64,000 nucleotides of DNA from Octopus sinensis. Taxonomy: Eukaryota. The position numbers and the translations under genes are program-made. The stretch lies in the NCBI RefSeq assembly GCF_006345805.1, contig NC_043005.1:85932001-85996000 (forward strand), written 5' to 3'. The notes beneath the pieces are model-generated. The model was not told the DNA's origin. It ran no database searches and saw only the letters and a program-made list of their open reading frames with translations. Below are positions 1 to 11,714 of this stretch, piece after piece; the first letter of the stretch is position 1; each line of letters starts with the position of its first letter.

Positions 1-290
1 GAGATATTACTTGCAAGGAGTCCGAGTACACTGCAGTCAACTCCCACACCGACCCACTGGTTAGGGGTCATAATTAGTACTCATAAGAAAACATAGTATC
101 TGGATTATTGATTCATGTCATGCGGTGAAAACTAAATAGTATTAGATTATTGACTTACGCTAATCCAATTTAATCTTGGCAAGTAAGGGGTATAATCCTT
201 AGACGACAGTAAAGCATGAATTCAGTGTATCTAAGAAATTAACGAAATGTGATCAATTGTGTGTAAATGTGCCTCTGTGTCGCTCTGTGA

Positions 291-530
291 AGGCGCGTAG
301 CCTAGTGGTCAGAGTGTTGCATGCACGATCGCTAGATCGTGGGTTCGATTCACAGACTAGGTGGCACGTTGCGTTCTTGAACATGATACTTCAGAGAAGC
401 CACTCCCGTATTCATCTCAGGTTTATTCACTGGATCCGGGCTCTCCAAGGTTGTCTAGAGATAGTGCTGCAGAAGATTCATATGTATAGGACATGCACAA
501 TGACAGACCACCATTAGACTAGTGTCTCTG
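291..530 (+). mobile_element. SINE group C, decayed
   Basis: tRNA-like head with A box TAGCCTAGTGG and B box GGTTCGATTC, then GTTGCGTTCTTGAAC as in other group C copies; 3' end approximate. Confidence 0.6.
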
Positions 531-699
531 TGTATATTTATATGATACAGTCAAACCGAATGCTGATATTCTGAAGGCACTGAATGTATTTAATGCACGT
601 GTTTCTGATCATTGTGCAAGAGAGAATGAGAAATTCATGTTACATAAAACTACTCACTCAAGACATTTCAAAATATGTGTGGTACAGTAGAATATACGA

Positions 700-1045
700 T
701 CATCATCAACATCATCGTCGTCATCATCATCATCATTATCATCATCGTCGTCATCATCACCACCATCATCATCACCATCATCGTCATCACATCATCATGA
801 TCATCATCATCATCACCATCAGCGCCACCTCCACCACCACCACCACCATCATCACCATCATCACCATCATCACCATCATCACCATCATCATCTTCATCCT
901 CATCATCCTTATCATCACCACCACCACCACCGCCATCATCATCATCATTATCCTCATCATCATCATCATCATCACCACCATCATCATCACCATCATAATC
1001 ATCATCATCATCATCCTTATCATCATTAACATCGTCGTCATCATT
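700..1045. repeat. (CAT/CAC)n compound microsatellite
   Basis: Direct inspection; source of the poly-His/Ile/Asp/Met ORFs. Confidence 0.95.
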
Positions 1046-1539
1046 TTCCTTCACTTCCCCTTCAGCAATATTAACACCGTCTTTATCGTAGATATTTATG
1101 CTACACCGAATAACCCCAGCATCGACGTATTCAAGTAGCCGGCATTAACCCATCTATTTCGCTGTCAGATCATATTTCTTCAGTATTGGTCACTATTATA
1201 ATTATTAGGAACATTTCGCTCGTTAATGTCTATTCTAAGGAAACAACAAATGGCAGCAAAAACAGAAGATGGACGCATTTTTATGGCATTTTACATTGAT
1301 ATGACCTCACACATTTTTTTACTGAATGCACCACAATAATGAAGAGACACAGAAATCTTAATGTAGTGTTTTAGAATCACCGCAGGAAATGTCCTCAGTG
1401 TCTTCTTTTTCCAGCGAGGCCACGTTTATGTGTTTACCAAACAAACACAAGCGCATATGTGTACGGTGCATCTGAATTGAATTCCACAGAGTGAAGCCAG
1501 ATGTGTTAATTTGGAGCAGTGAACTCTTCTACAGCGCGC

Positions 1540-1578
1540 TGCTCACACACATACACATATACATACACAAATCCATAA

Positions 1579-1640
<62 letters not shown>

Positions 1641-1687
1641 GCATGCGTACATATGTGTGTGTGTATAAACATATACATTTATATATG

Positions 1688-1745
<58 letters not shown>

Positions 1746-1960
1746 TATGTATATATGTACATCCACACATGCACAAACCCACAAACACAACCGCACATAT
1801 ATATACACACACACACACACACATATATATATGTTTGTGTGTCTGTATAAACATATACATTTATATATGTGTGTATGTATATATATAAGTGTGTATATAT
1901 GTACACACACTGAGACACTCTCACACATACATATGTATGTATGTGTTTGTGTGTGTGCGA
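1540..1960. repeat. (TA)n/(CA)n compound microsatellite
   Basis: Direct inspection. Confidence 0.95.
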
Positions 1961-2145
1961 AAAGTATGATAGAACAATAAAATTTATATCGCCCTGAAGG
2001 ATGTCATTTGTCATTTTCTGTTACATAACATTCCAGTTTGAGGAAATACATGTTAAAAGCCCAGGCATTTGTTGGTAAGTGAAGATTCAGAGCAACCATT
2101 GTTGTATATATATATATGTTTATATATATATATATATATATATAC

Positions 2146-2849
2146 TTTTCTACTCAAAGCACAAGACTCGAAATACGCAACTGGCACTTAATTTATCGAC
2201 TCCGAAAAGATGAAAAGCAAAGTCGACCTCGGCGGGATCTGAGCTCACAACGTAAAAACAGACGAAATATCGCTAACCATTTCGCCTGGTGTGCTTAACG
2301 TTTCTTATTTCTTTATTGCCCACAATGGTCTAAACACAGAGGGGACAAACAAGGACAGACAAAAAGATTAAGTCGATTACATCGACCCCAGTGCGTAACT
2401 GGTACTTAATTTATCGACCTTGAAAGGATGAAAGGTAAAGTCGACCTCGGCGGGATTAGAACTCAGAACGTAACGGCAGACGAAACACGGCAACGCATTT
2501 CGCCCTTCGTGCTAACGATTCTGCGTGCTCGCCACCTTAGTTGTATACATATATTATCGTGAAAAATAATACATAGAGAGGAATTCTCCAAAATAGTAAA
2601 AACAGACGCTATACTTATTTCTTTACAACCCACAAGGAGCTAAACACAGAAGGGACAAACAAGGACAGACAAACGGATTAAGTCGATGATATCGACCCCA
2701 GTGCGTAACTGGTACTTATTTAATCGACCACAAAAGAATGAAAGGCAAAGTCGACCTCGGCGGAATTTGAACTCAGAACGTAGCAGCAGACGAAATACTG
2801 CTAAGCCTTTCGCTCGGTGTGCTTAACGTTTCTGGCTGCTCGTCACCTT
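2146..2849 (-). mobile_element. Three adjacent group A SINEs (about 2146-2298, 2304-2538, 2612-2849)
   Basis: Reverse complement of the head GGCGAGCTGGCAGAAACGTTAGC...GAGTTCAAATTCC and central block GTCGACTTTGCCTTTCATCCTTTCGGGGTCGATAAA (resembles the Meta-type SINE domain as I recall it). Confidence 0.9.
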
Positions 2850-3479
2850 AGTTGTATACATATATGATCGTGAAAAATAATAAATAGAGGGGAATTCTCC
2901 GAAATGTTTAGTTACTGCTTTTGCATGTAACCGATTATGTAAGAGGAGCCATCAAATGATCTCTGGCATGGCTGGTGGTCTTGCTAGAAATAACCGTGGG
3001 CTCCTTCTAACAAGTACACCCGACTGTCTCCATAAATAAGCTAAAATTACTTTTTGCGTAAGGTCGTTTGTATATAATGGTTTATGTTTTATCTTTTGCT
3101 TGTTTCAGTCGTTGACCTATTCTGGGGCTCGTTCTGTCACATTCGAACGTGAATATGCGATTCGCTGTTGTGTGTTATCAAAGGGAAACAAATTCTCTTT
3201 CACGACGACATCTGTTCATTCCACACTCAGTTCATTAGTACAAAGGATTCTGAGAGAATCGGTGTTTAGTCCTCCTTATGTTTCGTCAGTGAGAAGCATC
3301 CCTATGACCACCGAATCTAACAAGGCCCGGATGTCTTGCCCATAATTCCAGCGAAGCGAGTGTTCGCTGAATACTTTCAGCAAATCGGGTGCTGACGGAT
3401 CTATGCTGGCATTAGTTTCAAAGTTTTGCACAAGGCGAGCATTTATGAGGTGCAAGTAGATTACATAGGCCCCTGTGCT

Positions 3480-3823
3480 CAACTACGACAAATTCGACTC
3501 GTCGGTATTTGAACTCAGAACGTTAAGCCGATAGAAGTGCCGCTAAGCACTTTATCCGGCGCGGTAACGATTCAGCCATCTCTCCGGCTTACATCCACGC
3601 TGGTATTGGCTTCAATATTTGATACAATGTCAGCTATCTCAGGGAAGGAGTCAAGTGGATTCCACCGATCCCATTGCACAACCGGTACTTATTTTATCGA
3701 CCCCGAAATCATGAAAGCAAAGTCGACCGTGGCGGAATTTGAGCTCAGAACATAAAGTCGGAAGAAATGACGCTTAGCATTTTTTTTTCCGGCGCAGTAA
3801 CGATTCTGTCGGCTCGCCACCTT
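3480..3823 (-). mobile_element. Two partial group A SINEs (about 3480-3590, 3655-3823)
   Basis: GAACTCAGAACG, AAAGTCGACC and TAACGATTC motifs shared with other copies. Confidence 0.8.
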
Positions 3824-3899
3824 AGACCCACGCTGGTATTTTCAATCAATAACAAATCGTCATATCCACAGTGAACAGCGACATTTGAAACAATGACCT

Positions 3900-3900
3900 G

Positions 3901-3964
<64 letters not shown>

Positions 3965-3975
3965 CACACACACAT
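3900..3975. repeat. (CA)n microsatellite
   Basis: Direct inspection. Confidence 0.95.
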
Positions 3976-3987
3976 ATACATATTTTC

Positions 3988-4378
3988 GTGGCTATGTGAA
4001 AAAGGTTGCCCCGGGGTCCAATCCCACTGTGTGGCACATTAGGCAAAGTGTCTCCTGCTATGGCGCCAGGCCAATCAAATACCTGTGAGTGGATTTTGTA
4101 GAGGGAAACTGAAAGAAGCCTACCGTACATATATATATGTATATACACACATATATGCACGCGTGTGTGTGTGAGTGTCTTTTTGTTTGTGCTTGTCTCC
4201 CACTACTTGACAACTGAATTGGTATCTTTATGTCCCCGTAACCTTTCGGTTCGGTAAAAGGGATCAATGGAATAAGTACCAGGTTTTAAAAAAATTAATC
4301 AAGTACTGCAGTCGATGCATTTGGCTAAAATTCTTCAAGGTGATGCCCCAGCATGCAGTCAAATGACTGAAACAAAAT
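3988..4378 (+). mobile_element. SINE group B with internal microsatellite
   Basis: Head GTGGCTATGTG, GGAAACTGAAAGAAGCC, internal TA/TG repeat, tail CCAGCATG...GTCAAATGACTGAAAC. Confidence 0.85.
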
Positions 4379-5266
4379 ATAAATTGAAAGAGATTCAGGT
4401 AGATTTGAACGTGAAAACACTAATCTACTTTAAGGCGGATATATTTCCATAAGACACACGGAACGTATTAAGGAGAAATATTATAATTGGTTGTTTTGAC
4501 TCCTGCTATTTACAGTGAATGTTGTGTATTATTATTTTTTCTTCGTGTGCATCATTCGTGAAAGAACTGACGGGATAGTCATATTTGGAATCGATCGTGT
4601 CCTACTTGTGATTATAAAGTAACAACAATAACAACAACGGCAACAATAACAAAGAATTCGGTAACAGGTTAATGTATAGATGGATAAAACGTTTTCATTT
4701 AAAATGCCTCGAAGTTATGATGGTCATCAATATTGTCTACATGGTCAATTAGGTGAAAAGGACAAATATGTATATGTGTGTGTGTGTGTACGGGAGAGAG
4801 AGAGAGTGAAGTAGGTAGAAAAAAGAAGGAAAAAAAGAGGTAAGAGAGGGAGTTTGAGAGAAGAGATAGCGGAAGAAAGTGAGAGGTAATAACGTAATCG
4901 AAACTTAAGCAGTCATCCAGAAAATTACAAATAACCTAGATATAACTTCGAATAATGTTAGACGGTTTTGAGTGAAAAATATATATAAAAAAAAAGTATT
5001 GTGTTTGTTAAGTGTCTGGAAAATTTGTCAACTTTGTTAGAAGTCTGTTGATCAAAACGTTATGTTGTATAGAAGTGTATAACGGTTTGAAAACAACCTA
5101 ATTTCATAAATGTCGCCTTTTATAATCAGTCGAAGTGTTTGGCAGAATCTGTAGAGTGACGGAAAATGTGCTTTGCAACATTTAGCGTTCTTTACGTTCA
5201 CAATTCAAACATCGTTGAAGTAATTTGTTTGAAAATTCTTCTTAGATAAATACCAGTCTGGTAAAT

Positions 5267-5523
5267 TAGTGTTTCGCAACAAGTTCCATGTGAACTTTGG
5301 GGGTCCCTATAAGATTATTTTGTTAAAATTTATGAGCAAAAGATTGCTTATACTTCTAGGCCATGCAAAATAATTTAATAATTTGTTGGAATACAATTCT
5401 TAATAATACTTAATTCAAAGAACATGTGGGGTTTTTCTAAACATCGAATGGCTCGGAGGGTCCATTTGAGAAAAATAAAAATCCACGGCGGTTCCTAAGT
5501 AAAAAATGGTTGAAAAGCCACTG
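5267..5523. mobile_element. hAT (Charlie-like) MITE, decayed
   Basis: Left end TAGTGTTTCGCAAC and right end AAAAATGGTTGAAAAGCCACTG resemble CAGTGGTTCTCAACC-type TIRs; 8-bp flanks TGGTAAAT and CTGTAGAT match at 5/8; related left end at 24176. Confidence 0.55.
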
Positions 5524-5586
5524 CTGTAGATGATGAAATCAGTTCCAACCTTGCCCAATTTGAGTATTTATATTATAAATCATATT

Positions 5587-6000
5587 AAGGCGGCGAGATG
5601 GCAGAAACGTTAGCACGCCGGGCGAAATGCTTTGCGGTATTTCGTCTGCCGTTATGTTGTGAGTTCAAATTCCGCCGAGGTCGACTTTGCCTTTCATCCT
5701 TTCGGGGTCAATAAATAAAGTACTAGTTTCGTACTGGGTCGATGTAATCGACTTAATTCCTTTGTCTGTCCGTGTTTGTTCCCTATGTGTTTAGCCCCTT
5801 GTGGGTAATAAAGAAATGGGTATTTCTTCTATCTTTACGTTCTGAGTTCAAATTCCGCCGAGATAGACTTTGCCTTTCATCCTTTCGGGGTCAATAAATA
5901 AAGTACTAGTTTCGTACTGGGTCGATATAATCGACTTAATCCATTTGTCTGTCCTTGTTTGTTCCCTCTATGTTTAGCCGCTTGTGAGTAGTTAAGAAAT
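5587..6000 (+). mobile_element. Group A SINE, tandem dimer (183-bp period)
   Basis: Full head from 5587; second unit restarts at GGTATTTC (5819), equivalent to 5636. Confidence 0.9.
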
Positions 6001-6089
6001 ATATATTATAAATCATATACGATATATTAAAAATCATATAAGATATGTTACAAATCCTATAACCTATGTTATAAATCTTATGACATATG
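6001..6089. repeat. 21-bp minisatellite, about 4 units
   Basis: ATATATTATAAATCATATACG-like units starting at 6001, 6022, 6043, 6064. Confidence 0.8.
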
Positions 6090-6270
6090 TGTCTAGTTTT
6101 GTGTTGGACTAATGTTGTTCTTTTTGGCGTGGAATCCATGGTTTCCCCATTTCGAAACGAAAAAGCATCTTTAGTCTTATTTCTGTTTAATTTTCGTCGG
6201 ACTTTTAGTCTTCATCATATCTATGATTCTTTAATCATTTCTCTTCACTCTTTCTGTCTCAATTTTTATT

Positions 6271-6660
6271 TTTTTATCTTGTACATATTTCTGTCATTAG
6301 ACTCCGGTCATGCTGGGGCACAACATGGAAGAATTTTTAGTTGGAACGAAACAAACCCAGTGCTTATTAAAAAAAAAATTACTCTGGTACTTGCTCTATT
6401 GGTTTCCTTTGTCAAACTGCTCACTTGTGGGGATGTAAACACACCACCACCGGTTTTCACGCGGCGGTGGGGGGATAAACACGTATACAATGACACACAC
6501 ACACACACACACATACAAGAGGATTCTTTCAGTTCAGTTTCCGTCCACCAAATCCACTCACAAGGGGTAGGTCAGCCCGAGGCTATAGTTGGGGACAGTA
6601 GCCCAAGCTTCCACGCAGTGGAGTCGAACCCAGAGTCATGTGGTTGGGAATTAAACTTTT
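6271..6660 (-). mobile_element. SINE group B
   Basis: Reverse complement of tail (GTCATTAGACTCCGGTCATGCTGGGGCAC) and head (CCCGAGGCTATAG...CATGTGGTTGG). Confidence 0.85.
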
Positions 6661-6758
6661 GTTAATTCTCTCTGTATCTCTATCTTACTCTCACTCTCTG
6701 TCTTTCTCGCTCTCTCTTTCTCACTCCAACTCTCCCCCATATCGTGTAAAACGTAATA

Positions 6759-6991
6759 TATTTCTTTATTATCCACAAGGGGATAAACACAGAGAGGACA
6801 AACAAGGACAGACAAATGGATTAAGTCGATTACATCGACCCCAGTGCGTAACTGGTACTTATTTAATCGACCCCGAAATGATGAAAGGCAAAGTCGACCT
6901 CGGCGAAATTTGAACTCAGAACGTAGCGGCAAACGAAATACCACAAAGCATTTCGCCCGGCGTGCTAACGTTTCTGCCAGCTCGCCGCCCT
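6759..6991 (-). mobile_element. Full-length group A SINE with 16-bp target-site duplication
   Basis: TATCGTGTAAAACGTA at 6740-6755 and 6992-7007. Confidence 0.92.
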
Positions 6992-8127
6992 TATCGTGTA
7001 AAACGTATTAGAGTATCAACCAACCAACCAACCAACCAATCAAAGTCAACCTAACAACATTTATATCAGCTATTATATAGAGAATCTATATGTTGCTTAT
7101 CATTTCTCACTAAATCTGAATTAATCGGACTGAAAGCGCCTTCTTAGAATGGATTCTGTTTTGTTTTATACTTAAATAACGCTAATATAAATGTCATTCA
7201 GTGAAATTGAAAGCGTGTACAGAAATTATGGTGTTGCACGCTTTTTTCGAGCATTCTCTTTTATCATGCAATGGCCATCCACCTCACCTTTCTCTCTAGT
7301 TCTCATATACACTTCGGATTAAATTTTTTGGTTTGTCCGCTAATTAGATACCTGTCACTATGTCTCTCAACACATACTTGTTTGCACTCGATGCCACCTT
7401 TCACTATTTCATAATCATTGACAAGATGGCATATAAAAATTCGATATATTTCCTTAGTTCAACAGCACCAAAAATCAAACAATGTACTTATCAATGAAAC
7501 AATATTGTATCACGGATTCTCAGCACACAAACAAAACAACAACACAACTCAAAGACACAAGGCTACTACAATAAGTGTTACGTTTCAGATTCCTTGGTAA
7601 GTGAGATTTTGTAGTTGGTTTGAAAGATTCTTAACGTGAATTCGTCTAATGAAACAAATCTTGTGCATTGGGTGAGTCATTATGTCAATGAAAATTAAAA
7701 TAAATACACACACCAGTTCAATACCACTTTATTTTACTAACTACCGAATAGTTTGTTTAATAATCAAATGCTTGTTTGTTTTCTTGGAGAGTGAGGGCAT
7801 ATCGTTGATGAGGTAACGAATAACGACGGAAGGCTTCTCACAGATAACTAACAACCGACTGATTATGAAAAATAAACCGTTGCATAATTGGTAAAATAAA
7901 TAAGTGGTGTTTAACCAGTGCGTGTATCTTTATATCAATTTTTATTGTCATAATTATCGTCCCTAGACACAACAAGATATGATATGTAAGCTTATAATTA
8001 GCAAACTTATGATTTCAATGTTTAGCCTGTATGAGCTGACGAGATATTTCAATACACAAATAAAATATTTATTTGCGAAGAAATATGTGAATAAGCGTGA
8101 ACTCTTCTAACATTTAATATTAATATA

Positions 8128-8370
8128 GTGAAGGTGTGTGGCTCTGTTGGATAAGATGCTGCACCACGATCGCTAGATTGTGTTGTGTTTTCGAGCAAAA
8201 CATTTCATTTTACGTTTCTCCAGTTCACTCATTTGTAAGTAGTTAAACCCTGCAACGGATTAGCCTCCCGATTAGTGGGAATGTTCGAAAACTAAAATGA
8301 TGCAAAGTGCATTGCTACCAGTGATGTGTACCATCATCAGATAGTCTGGTCTATCACATGATCACGTGAA
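8128..8370 (+). mobile_element. SINE group C, decayed
   Basis: CACGATCGCTAGAT, GTTGTGTTTTCGAGCAAAACA, TCCAGTTCACTCA. Confidence 0.6.
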
Positions 8371-8408
8371 TAGTAAGGAATATGCATTACATGAACCAAA
8401 TTAATATA

Positions 8409-8800
8409 TTTTTATTGCCCACAGGGGGATAAACATACACAGAACAAACGAGGAAATACAAAGAAATTAAGTCTATTACATCGACCCCAGTGCGTAACTG
8501 GTACCTATTTAATCGACCCCGAGAGGATGAAAGGCAAAGTTGACTCAGAACATAACGGCAGACGAAATACCTATTTCTTTACTGCCCACAAGGGGCTGCA
8601 CATAGAGGGGACAAACAAGGACAGACAAACGGATTAAGTCGATTACATCGACCCCAGGACATAACTGGTACTTAATTTATTGAACGCGAAAAGATGAAAA
8701 GCAAAGTTGACCTCGGCGGAATTTGAACTCAGAACGTAACGACAGACAAAACACCGCTAAGCATTTCACCCGGCCTGCTAACGATTCCACCAGCTCGCCA
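8409..8800 (-). mobile_element. Group A SINE, tandem dimer
   Basis: Junction GGCAGACGAAATACCTATTTCTTT, with GAAATACC at 8564-8571. Confidence 0.88.
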
Positions 8801-9224
8801 GTTATAGTTTTGCCCCTTCTTTCATCCCTGTACCATTCTGTTACGTGGTATTTATTTCCATGTAGAAGAAGAAATGTGCCATAGAAAGTTAAACGTGAAT
8901 AGCGCAGAGTTAGATAAAGATGCATTATACCAGGTTATGATGTTGCCCCTAAATTTCGTTGATCCACTTGAGTAGTTTTAGCGTTTGAAGCCCATTTCAG
9001 GCTAGATTGTATCAACCTATTCCAGCCATGACCATTCCATATGAAAGATGTCTAGCACTACATTATCCTGTTGATACTTTATGTAAATTGATTCAAGGGA
9101 TATAAATGTATTATTTCCACTAGGTGGAGCTACCACGCTGCGATTCTCTCGGTGAGTGTGTCATATAGATGTGTACTTGTTTCGAGAAAACTGAGATGGC
9201 TCTTTCAAAAGGTTCAGTCCTATT

Positions 9225-9337
9225 GTTGTTATCTTTTAAAGTTTATCGAACTTTCGTTCAAGAGCTAAGTTACAGGGATGTAAACATACCGGCACCGGTT
9301 ATCAACCGGTGTCGGGATACAAATACAGAGACACACA

Positions 9338-9374
<37 letters not shown>

Positions 9375-9523
9375 CACGCTTCTTTCAGCTTCCGTCTATT
9401 AAATCCGCTCACCAGACTTTGGTCTGCCAGGGGCTGAAGCAGAAGGTGCTGCACGGCGGAATTGAACTCAAGATTACACAGTTGAGAAGCAAGCTTCTTA
9501 TCCACACAGCCATGCCTGTGCCT
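9225..9523 (-). mobile_element. SINE group B
   Basis: GCTAAGTTACAGGGATGTAAAC, CTTCTTTCAGCTTCCGTC, CCACACAGCCATGCC. Confidence 0.8.
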
Positions 9524-10446
9524 CTATGTTTACATTTGTTCTGATAATAATATAACACTGAATGCGATAAACTAGATACAAGGACAATTTCTGAAGAATT
9601 ATGAATTATAGCTGATTGAATAAACTTCAATATATAAAGCATAACTATTTTGTTGACTCCGGAGGGATGAAATATCACGCTGGCGATGTATTGAATGAAG
9701 AATACAGGAATAAAAATAAATACTACGGGACTATTTTATTCCAGCATATTTCTGTATACACAAATTAACTCGCCATACGTATAATATATTAAATCAACTA
9801 TATAATAAAATTTGGAAGAATGCACGCAATTAATTTCACTATTGTGTACACACACCTTATGCTTTACCTGATTTAAAATATTAAATTTCATATATGGAAA
9901 TATAATTACATTGCAACACCAACCGTGTTTCCCTCAAGAGTAATCTGAACCAGAGAAACGGGTTGGTTGTTTGTCGATTCTCCAATTTTATTCACTGATA
10001 CAAGAGTTGTGTGAATTTTTACCGCAATCACTTTAGGGAAATTTAATATTTTCGAATACACATTCAGAAGTAAAAGTCTGCGATATTGAGGTATTAGCAT
10101 CAGATTTGGTAATGTTTGAACAGAAATGTCAAGTTTCCTTAATATATTTATAATATGGAAATAATACATACATATGCAAACACATACGTGTATGTATTCA
10201 TGCACAGACATATATATATACATATACATGTGAATGATATACATACATATATACATGTAAGTATGTATATATGTGTGTGTGTGTGCGCGCGAGTGTGTGT
10301 ATTATGTTGGAAGAAAATAATCTTATTTTGTACAGTATTGTATAATAGTTTTACTATTATGAGTCTAATATATTCTTTAGTCTTTTAAAACAAGTATTCT
10401 GTGATTTTTCATCTTATTTCTTTTCGTTAGTGTGTATATATATAGT

Positions 10447-10600
10447 GAGAATTCGCAAAAAAAAAAAAGACGAAAACGGGTGTGTAAACAACAAACACAT
10501 GTGTTAGTTTAAAGCTAGGGAAGTGAGAAGGTATTTTACGTTTCGAGCCGACGCTCTTCAACAGAAAGGAACACGGATATTAACGGGGAGAGAAAACAGA
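10447..10600 (-). mobile_element. Penelope-like terminal repeat with hammerhead-like motif
   Basis: Minus strand reads CTTT-CTGTTGAA-GAGC-GTCG-GCTC-GAAAC-GTA-AAA; a homologous copy lies at 58063-58220. Penelope assignment is inferred from the motif. Confidence 0.55.
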
Positions 10601-10859
10601 AAAGGATTAGTGGCTAGCGATCTATCATAGCGAATGACGCACAGAGGGATCACACAGAAGATCTAGGAAGAAGGGGAGATAATAAAGTATTAGAGTTCCC
10701 AAAACAAAGGTGCGCGTGCGCTGTGTATGTGAGGGCGTGTATGTGCGTGTAGAAGGGGGATGGTGACCTTGACGTGTGCGTGTGTGCGTTTGTGCATGCG
10801 TAGGTGAGTGGATGTAGCTGTAGATGCTGGGAAGCGGTCAGTGCTAGCGTGCGCGCTGG

Positions 10860-11040
<181 letters not shown>

Positions 11041-11091
11041 ATACATACGATTTATTCTTTTTTTTATTAATGTTAAATGCAAAAAGAGCAA

Positions 11092-11392
11092 AAGCGTGTG
11101 GCCTGGTGGTTAGCGTGTTGCGCTCACAATCGCCAGATCGTGCTTTCAGGTCCTAGACGGTGTGGTGCGTTGTGTTCTTGAGCAAAACACTTTATCTAAC
11201 GTCGCTCTGCAATTACTTCGACACCATATGAAGTGGCACACAGCGCACCCGTTCAGGCAACGTCGATCGGATAGAGAGAGTGAGCTGAGTTACGGCACTA
11301 ACATTTGATCACCATAAACAAACCATTTGTGTAGTTTGTTCACCAAAGGCAGAATCTTAAAACGTAATCTTCGAAGGAGAAGAGTCCACCAT
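11092..11392 (+). mobile_element. SINE group C
   Basis: A box TGGCCTGGTGG, GCGTTGTGTTCTTGAGCAAAACACTT, distinct tail ending GAGAAGAGTCC. Confidence 0.8.
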
Positions 11393-11417
11393 TATATAAT
11401 GCATTTATCAATATATA

Positions 11418-11700
11418 CAAGGGTCAGTGAAAAAGCAATGCCATTAGGATATGGATAATTACCTACACAGGAACATGTATCATACATCAAAATGAAGCTG
11501 GTCCTCTGTGGATCAACATAGTCACTGTTTCTCTAAATAGCAATGTTCCACCTTCGAATGAGAGCATGTATCCCTGCTCCGTAAAATTCTGTTGACTGTT
11601 CTTTGAGCCACTTCTTCACTACAGTTTTCCCTTCATCATCACTGGAATAATGTTTACCTCTCAAACCCTCTTTCATGGGACCAAAGGGATGATGGTCCAG
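11418..11700 (-). mobile_element. Mariner 3'-end fragment
   Basis: TA followed by TIR CAAGGGTCAGTGAAAAAGCAATGCC; body homologous to the arms of 61066-61621. Confidence 0.8.
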
Positions 11701-11714
11701 TAACCATGATAGTC

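Noticed and set aside
584-1138. 184-aa His/Ile-rich ORF and similar long ORFs (12537-13310, 15058-15693, 27492-28401, 34095-34594 and all YI/CV/TH-repeat ORFs)
   Set aside because: They are translations of microsatellites that lack stop codons in those frames.
3085-3110. Apparent strong splice acceptor TCTTTTGCTTGTTTCAG
   Set aside because: It is the reverse complement of the group B SINE tail (GACTGAAACAAG.AAAAGA).
3276-3482. 68-aa non-repetitive minus-strand ORF
   Set aside because: No recognisable motif or splice context; length expected by chance.
7589-7596. Possible 8-nt microexon TTTCAG|ATTCCTTG|GTAAGT
   Set aside because: No pyrimidine tract and not frame-preserving; such matches occur by chance.
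9906-10160. Non-repetitive part of a 116-aa ORF, considered as a cadherin fragment
   Set aside because: Lacks the DxNDNxP and other cadherin motifs.
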